Positions 46,421-53,544 of a stretch of DNA of 53,544 nt are shown piece by piece. The stretch spans positions 1-53,544 of the forward strand of contig CAXTTS010000001.1 in NCBI GenBank assembly GCA_964247265.1, written 5' to 3'. The position numbers were made by a program, and so were the translations under genes. The DNA comes from an uncultured Sphingomonadaceae bacterium. Its GTDB lineage: Bacteria > Pseudomonadota > Alphaproteobacteria > Sphingomonadales > Sphingomonadaceae. The notes beneath the pieces were generated by a model that saw only the letters and a program-made list of their open reading frames with translations, searched no databases and was not told where the DNA came from. Each line of letters starts with the position of its first letter. The first letter of the stretch is position 1.

Positions 46421-47203
46421 TCAACGGCGATGATGCTGGATCGCGTCGAACGATGCGGCGAACAGCGCCGCATCGTCGCGGTTCAGCTTGTGGCCGCCGG
46501 GCAGCACCACCTGGCGCACGTTCGGCAGATCCAGTTTCCCCAGCATCGGGCACAGGCTTGTCGTTTCGGTCGCGCCGCGGATGCACGTCACCGGCACCCA
46601 GTTCAACCGCACGGCGGAGACGAAGGCCGGCACATCCGGCGTGCCGATCTCGAAATATTCGCGGAAGCCGGCGGTGAGATAGATGGAGTCGGTCGGCACC
46701 TCCAGGATCACCAGCGCCACCCTGGCCTTGTACGCGGCGGGCAGGTCGGCCAGCCCGACATGCAGCAGATCGGCGCCGAAGGAATGGCCGATCAGCACGA
46801 TCCGGTGGACGCCGGGCATCGCCAGCAGCCGGCGCATGCACCCCATCACCAGCGCCCGGATCTCCGCCGGCGAGCGCCCGTTTGCCGCGAAGCTGAGCGA
46901 ATTGACGCCGATCACCGGATAGCCGGCCTCCGCCATCCGCCGCGCCACCGCCGGCGACAACCCGACGCGAAAGCCCATGTCGCCGGACAGCACGATCACG
47001 CCAAGCCCGTCGCGTGGCGCCCGCGCCGTACCGGGCGGGCGCAGCATGTTCAGCAAGGGACCACCAAAAAATCGCAGCCGCTCGAGATGATCGAGCGTCA
47101 CCCCCGCCGCCAGCAATGCCAGGATCAGCGCGACCGCCAGCCCGGCCAGCCGGCGGAGGAAGGGGCGTGGAGGCCGCGTCGGACGATATCGAGTGCGGCC
47201 CAT
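46421..47203 (-). CDS. AcvB/VirJ family aminoacyl-phosphatidylglycerol hydrolase
   Basis: LSGDMG, VIGVNSL, LIGHSFGAD, C...SLCP, LPGGH. Confidence 0.85.
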   Translation of the reverse strand: MGRTRYRPTRPPRPFLRRLAGLAVALILALLAAGVTLDHLERLRFFGGPLLNMLRPPGTARAPRDGLGVIVLSGDMGFRVGLSPAVARRMAEAGYPVIGVNSLSFAANGRSPAEIRALVMGCMRRLLAMPGVHRIVLIGHSFGADLLHVGLADLPAAYKARVALVILEVPTDSIYLTAGFREYFEIGTPDVPAFVSAVRLNWVPVTCIRGATETTSLCPMLGKLDLPNVRQVVLPGGHKLNRDDAALFAASFDAIQHHRR

Positions 47204-47394
47204 CGGCGATCCTGCGTTCCGTTATCCCGAGTGGCTGCGACATGCCGGCCGCGACCGGATCGGGACGCGCCCTACCCCGGCCATAAAGGCGGAACCAGCG
47301 AAAGCCAGTCCATCTTTCGGCCATCCTCGACCGTACTTCCCATGCGTCGCCCATAAGCGCTGGCGAATGTGGGCGACCCTTCTACATTGCGCCC

Positions 47395-49059
47395 ATGCGC
47401 TTTCGCCTGCTGTCCGAACCCGAATGGCAGTTCGCCCCGCATGAGCGGGCGGCGCTGCCGGGATCGCCCGCCTCGCCCGATCATTCGCCGCGCCTGCGCG
47501 TCGCCTATGGCGCGATCGGCGTCCTCGTCGGCCTGACGGGGGGGCTCGGCAATGCGCTGATCTCGGTCAACACGGTCAATCTGCAAGGCACGCTGGGGCT
47601 CGATCCGTCCGAGATCGCGTGGCTGCCGACCGCCTATGTGATGACCAATGTCTGCATCAACCTGCTGCTCATCAAATATCGCCAGCAGTTCGGCCTGCGA
47701 TCGTTCGCGCTGATCTTCCTGGGCGCCTATGTCGCCGTCACCGCCGCGCACCTGTTCGTCCACGGCTTCGCCTCTGCGGTGGCGGTGCGCGCGGTGAGCG
47801 GCATGGCGGCGGCGGCGCTGAGTTCGCTCGCGTTATATTATGTGATGCAGGCGTTCCCGGCGAAGTGGCGGCTGAAGGCGGTGGTCGTCGGCATCGGCGT
47901 GCCGCAGCTGGCGATCCCGTTCGCCCGGCTGTTTTCGCCCGAGCTGCTGGGGGTGGCGCAGTGGCGCACGCTCTATCTGTTCGAATTCGGGCTGGCGCTG
48001 ATGTCGCTCGCGGCGGTCGTCGCGCTGCCGCTGCCGCCGGGCGAGCGGCGCAAGGCGTTCGAGGGGCTGGATCTCGTCACCTTCTGCCTGTTCGCGCCGG
48101 GCATGGCGCTGCTCTGCGCCGTGCTTGGCCAAGGGCGCCTGCAATGGTGGCTGGAGGCGCGCTGGATCGGCGTGGCGCTGGCCGCCGCGATCCCGCTGAT
48201 CGCCACCGCCCTGTTGATCGAGCATCACCGCAAGAACCCGCTGCTGGACACGCGCTGGCTGGGGAGCGCCGACCTCCTGCGGTTCGCCGTCGTAACGATC
48301 ATGGCGCGCATCGTGCTGTCCGAGCAGACCTACGCCGCCGTCGGCCTGCTGAACACGCTCGGGCTGAACAACGATCAGCTGCAACCGCTGTTCATCATCA
48401 TCTCGCTCGCCAGCATCGCCGGGATCGCCGCCAGCGCGATCACGCTGAACGTGGAAAAGCTGACCCATCCGGTGATGCTGGCGATCGGCCTGGTCGCCAT
48501 CGCCGCCTTCGCCGATTCCTTCGCCACCAATCTCACCCGCGCGCCGCAGATGTACCTCACGCAGGCGGTGATCGCCTTTTCGGCCACCTTCTTCCTCGGC
48601 CCGGCGCTGCTGTTTGGCATGACCCGGGCGCTCGCATCGGGCGGCGGCCGGATCGTGAGCTTCATCGCCATCTTCGGCATCACCAACAGCATCGGCGGGC
48701 TTGACGGCGCGGCCCTGCTCGGCACCTATCAGGTTATCCGCGAAAAGGCGCACAGCAACGCGCTGGTGCAGGATATCGTGCTGACCGATCCGCTGATCGC
48801 CCAACGCATCCAGCAAGGGGCCGGTGCCTATGGTCGGGTGCTCGGCGATCCGGCGCTGCGCAACGCCGAGGGCGGTGCGCTGCTGAGCCAGCAGATCACG
48901 CGCGAGGCGAATATCCTTGCCTATGATGACGTGTTCCGCCTCGTCGCGATCCTGGCGGCGCTGACCACCGCCTATCTGCTGATGCTGATCGTCCGCCGCA
49001 ACCTGCGCGCGCGTCGGGCCTTGCGCCTCGCCACGCCCGCGCCGATTGCCAGAGCATGA
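47395..49059 (+). CDS. MFS (DHA2/EmrB-like) efflux permease
   Basis: About 14 TM segments; WLPTAY...KYRQQFG; EANILAYDDVF; operonic with HlyD and OMF genes. Confidence 0.85.
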   Translation: MRFRLLSEPEWQFAPHERAALPGSPASPDHSPRLRVAYGAIGVLVGLTGGLGNALISVNTVNLQGTLGLDPSEIAWLPTAYVMTNVCINLLLIKYRQQFGLRSFALIFLGAYVAVTAAHLFVHGFASAVAVRAVSGMAAAALSSLALYYVMQAFPAKWRLKAVVVGIGVPQLAIPFARLFSPELLGVAQWRTLYLFEFGLALMSLAAVVALPLPPGERRKAFEGLDLVTFCLFAPGMALLCAVLGQGRLQWWLEARWIGVALAAAIPLIATALLIEHHRKNPLLDTRWLGSADLLRFAVVTIMARIVLSEQTYAAVGLLNTLGLNNDQLQPLFIIISLASIAGIAASAITLNVEKLTHPVMLAIGLVAIAAFADSFATNLTRAPQMYLTQAVIAFSATFFLGPALLFGMTRALASGGGRIVSFIAIFGITNSIGGLDGAALLGTYQVIREKAHSNALVQDIVLTDPLIAQRIQQGAGAYGRVLGDPALRNAEGGALLSQQITREANILAYDDVFRLVAILAALTTAYLLMLIVRRNLRARRALRLATPAPIARA

Positions 49060-50204
49060 CCGATTCGCCTCGCACGCCGCCGATCGGCCCAGCACCCGTG
49101 ACGGAGGAGGCGGCCGCACAGGCGGCCACGGCCCCGGTCGGCTCCGGCTGGCGGCCACCCCGCCTCAGCCCGATGGCAACCATCGCCGTGATCCTGATCG
49201 CGCTGGCGGGCGTGCTGCTGGTGCTGGCAGCGTGGCGGCTGCCGCCGTTCAACACCGCGGTCGAGACAACCGAAAACGCCTATGTGCGCGGCCAGACGAC
49301 CGTCATCAGCCCGCAGGTGAGCGGCTATGTGGTGCAGGTGCTGGTGCAGGATTATCAGGATGTGCAGGCCGGCCAGCCGCTCGTTCGCATCGACGACCGC
49401 ATCTACCGTCAACGGGTGGAACAGGCCAAAGCGGTGCTGGCGGCGCAGAACGCGACCCTTTCGAACAGCGCGCAGGCTGCCCGTTCGCGCGCGGCCGGGC
49501 TCGGCGCGCAGGAGGCGGCGGTCGCCAACGCGCAGGCGCAGCTGCTGCGCGCCGAGGCGGACATGCGCCGGGTGGACGATCTCGTCACCGACGGCTCGGT
49601 TTCCCTGCGCGAGCGCGACCAGACGCGCGCCGCGTTGCGTCAGGCGGAAGCAGGCGTGGCGCAGGCGAAGGCCGCGCGCGAGATCGCCACGCAGGATGTG
49701 CGTTCCGTCACCGTCGGGCGCGGCGGGCTGGCGGCGGGGGTGGAGGGCGCCGAGGCGGCCTTGCGGCTGACCGAGATCGATCTGGCGAACACCGTGATCC
49801 GCGCGCCGGAAAGCGGGCGGCTGAGCGACGTCGGCGTGCGCAACGGCCAATATGTCACCAGCGGCACGCAGCTGCTGTTCATCGTGCCGCCGCGCATCTG
49901 GGTGATCGCCAACTACAAGGAAGCACAGACCGCGCGGATGCAGCCGGGCCAGCCGGTGACGTTCACCGTCGATGCGCTCGCCAATGCGCGGCTGAACGGC
50001 CATGTCGAACGGCTGTCGCCCGCCGCCGGATCGGAGTTCGCGGTGCTGAAGCCGGACAATGCCACCGGCAACTTCACCAAGATCGCGCAGCGCATCGCGA
50101 TCCGCATCTCGATCAATCCCGATCAGCCGCTAGCGGCGCGGCTGCGGCCCGGCATGTCGGTGCAGACCCGCATCGATACGAGCGGCGGACCGACGCCGCG
50201 ATGA
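49056..50204 (+). CDS. HlyD/EmrA family membrane fusion protein
   Basis: TENAYV, ISPQVSGYV, IRAP..G, ANYKEAQ, NATGNFTKIAQRI. Confidence 0.92.
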   Translation: MTDSPRTPPIGPAPVTEEAAAQAATAPVGSGWRPPRLSPMATIAVILIALAGVLLVLAAWRLPPFNTAVETTENAYVRGQTTVISPQVSGYVVQVLVQDYQDVQAGQPLVRIDDRIYRQRVEQAKAVLAAQNATLSNSAQAARSRAAGLGAQEAAVANAQAQLLRAEADMRRVDDLVTDGSVSLRERDQTRAALRQAEAGVAQAKAAREIATQDVRSVTVGRGGLAAGVEGAEAALRLTEIDLANTVIRAPESGRLSDVGVRNGQYVTSGTQLLFIVPPRIWVIANYKEAQTARMQPGQPVTFTVDALANARLNGHVERLSPAAGSEFAVLKPDNATGNFTKIAQRIAIRISINPDQPLAARLRPGMSVQTRIDTSGGPTPR

Positions 50205-51571
50205 GGCGGGTGGCGCTGCTGGCGGCGATCGCGGTCGGCGGATGCGTCGGCCCGCGACCGCAGGCACCATCGGCCAGCGCGGTGGTGGTGCCGCCCGGCT
50301 GGCGCACGCCGGTGACGCAGACGACACCGATACCCGCCGGCTGGTGGCGCGGCTTCGGCGATCCGCAGCTCGATGCGCTGGTGGCGGCGGCGCGGGCGAA
50401 CAATGTCGACCTCGCCATCGCCGTTTCCCGCGTGGAGGAGGCGCGGGCGCAGCAGCGACTGGCGCGCGCCCAGCTTTTCCCATCGGTGATCGTGGGCCTG
50501 GGGGTGAGCGAGGCACGCGACCTCGACCCGTTTGGCATCGCCGACCGGTCCACCGGCGCGCAGCCGGAGGTGCAGGTGGCCTATGACACCGATCTGTTCG
50601 GGCGGTTGCGCAATGCGAATGCCGCCGCGCGCGCGACCCTGCTCGCCACCCAGGATGCGCGCGATACGATGGATCTCGCCGTCACCGCCACGGCGGCGAG
50701 CGGCTACATCACGCTGCGGGCGCTCGACGCGCGGCTGGCGACCGCGCTCGCCACGCTGGAGGCGCGGGCCGACGCCCTGCGCATCGCCCGCCGCCGGGCG
50801 GAGACGGGCTACACCTCGATGCTGGAGCTGCGGCAGGCGGAGGGTGAGTATAAGGCGACGGAACAATTGGTGCCGCAGGCCCGCCTGGCCGTGACCCGGC
50901 AGGAGGATGCGCTGAGCCTGCTGATCGGCGAGAGCCCCCGCGCGATCGGGCGCGGCCGGCCGCTGGAAGAGCTGACCACGCCTTCGGTGCCGGACGGCCT
51001 GCCCGCCGATCTGCTGCGCCGCCGCCCCGACATCGCCCAGGCCGAGCAGACGCTGGTGGCGGCCGATCGAACGCTCGACAGCGCGCGCGCCGCCTTCCTG
51101 CCGAGCGTGCGGCTGACCGGATCGGCGGGGCTCGTCCTGTCCACCCTGTTGCCCGATCCGGTGACGATCTGGTCGATCGGCGGCAGCATTCTGGCGCCTT
51201 TGTTCGATGCCGGCCGCATCCGCGCCCAGGCCGACACCGCCGCCGCCCGACGCGATCAGGCGGCGTTCGGCTATCGCCGCACGGTGCTGACGGCGTTTCG
51301 CGAGGTGGAGGATAATCTGGCCGGCGTGGTGCGCACCGGCGAGCAGGTGATCTCGCTCACCGGGCAGGTCGATGCGCTGCGCCAGTCGCTGCGCGTCGCG
51401 ACCAACCGCTACCGCGCCGGCTATGCGCCCTATCTCGACCAGCTGGACGCGCAGCGCCAGCTGCTGTCCGCCGAACTCACCCTGATCCAGGCCCGCGCCG
51501 ATCGCCTGAACGCGCTGGTGGCGCTGTATCAGGCGATGGGCGGCGGGTGGCCGGGGCAGGCGAACCCGTAA
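50201..51571 (+). CDS. Efflux outer-membrane lipoprotein (NodT/OprM family)
   Basis: True start MRRVALL at 50201, inside the over-extended 49046 ORF; lipobox VGGC, WWRGFGDPQL, LLRRRPDI, LYQAMGGGW. Confidence 0.92.
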   Translation: MRRVALLAAIAVGGCVGPRPQAPSASAVVVPPGWRTPVTQTTPIPAGWWRGFGDPQLDALVAAARANNVDLAIAVSRVEEARAQQRLARAQLFPSVIVGLGVSEARDLDPFGIADRSTGAQPEVQVAYDTDLFGRLRNANAAARATLLATQDARDTMDLAVTATAASGYITLRALDARLATALATLEARADALRIARRRAETGYTSMLELRQAEGEYKATEQLVPQARLAVTRQEDALSLLIGESPRAIGRGRPLEELTTPSVPDGLPADLLRRRPDIAQAEQTLVAADRTLDSARAAFLPSVRLTGSAGLVLSTLLPDPVTIWSIGGSILAPLFDAGRIRAQADTAAARRDQAAFGYRRTVLTAFREVEDNLAGVVRTGEQVISLTGQVDALRQSLRVATNRYRAGYAPYLDQLDAQRQLLSAELTLIQARADRLNALVALYQAMGGGWPGQANP

Positions 51572-51591
51572 GGCCAACCCGCCCCGTCCCG

Positions 51592-53544
<1,953 letters not shown>

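Noticed and set aside
49046-51571. 841-aa apparent fusion ending in the OMF protein
   Set aside because: The N-terminal half is an alternative frame over the HlyD gene. The real OMF starts at 50201 with a signal peptide, lipobox and ATGA overlap.

Overview
High-GC alphaproteobacterial chromosome segment, most likely Sphingomonadaceae (inferred from gene content and the REP-like repeat; not verified). It holds about 52 protein-coding genes, and I found no rRNA, tRNA, CRISPR array, integrase or transposase. Left to right: (1) the end of a surface-polysaccharide locus (GNAT-JmjC-GNAT operon, Wzx flippase, polysaccharide deacetylase); (2) a ThuA-like gene, an atypical MucR/Ros, Gre-like, ankyrin and small GNAT genes, phospholipase D, HU and an aldo-keto reductase; (3) a mini-PhaE/PhaC(class III-like)/GNAT operon plus an alpha/beta hydrolase; (4) a ~27 kb catabolic island of unknown substrate with a heteromeric acyl-CoA dehydrogenase pair, DUF35-thiolase-acoABC operon, orphan LuxR, ThuA, three Rieske oxygenase alpha subunits, five SDRs, CoA ligase, TIM-barrel isomerase, ferredoxin, three SnoaL/NTF2 proteins, a TonB-dependent receptor and 3-oxoacid CoA-transferase; (5) tlpA-like, ilvE, mprF, acvB/virJ, an MFS-HlyD-OMF efflux pump and partial acnA. 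The most notable signal is a recurring 20-bp lux-box-like motif (NNCT-N12-AGNN, twice as full ACCT-N12-AGGT) in promoter regions across the island and upstream of the distant ThuA and PHA genes. It suggests an undescribed regulon run by a LuxR solo with a non-AHL ligand. All product calls come from motif recognition by eye; no database searches were run.
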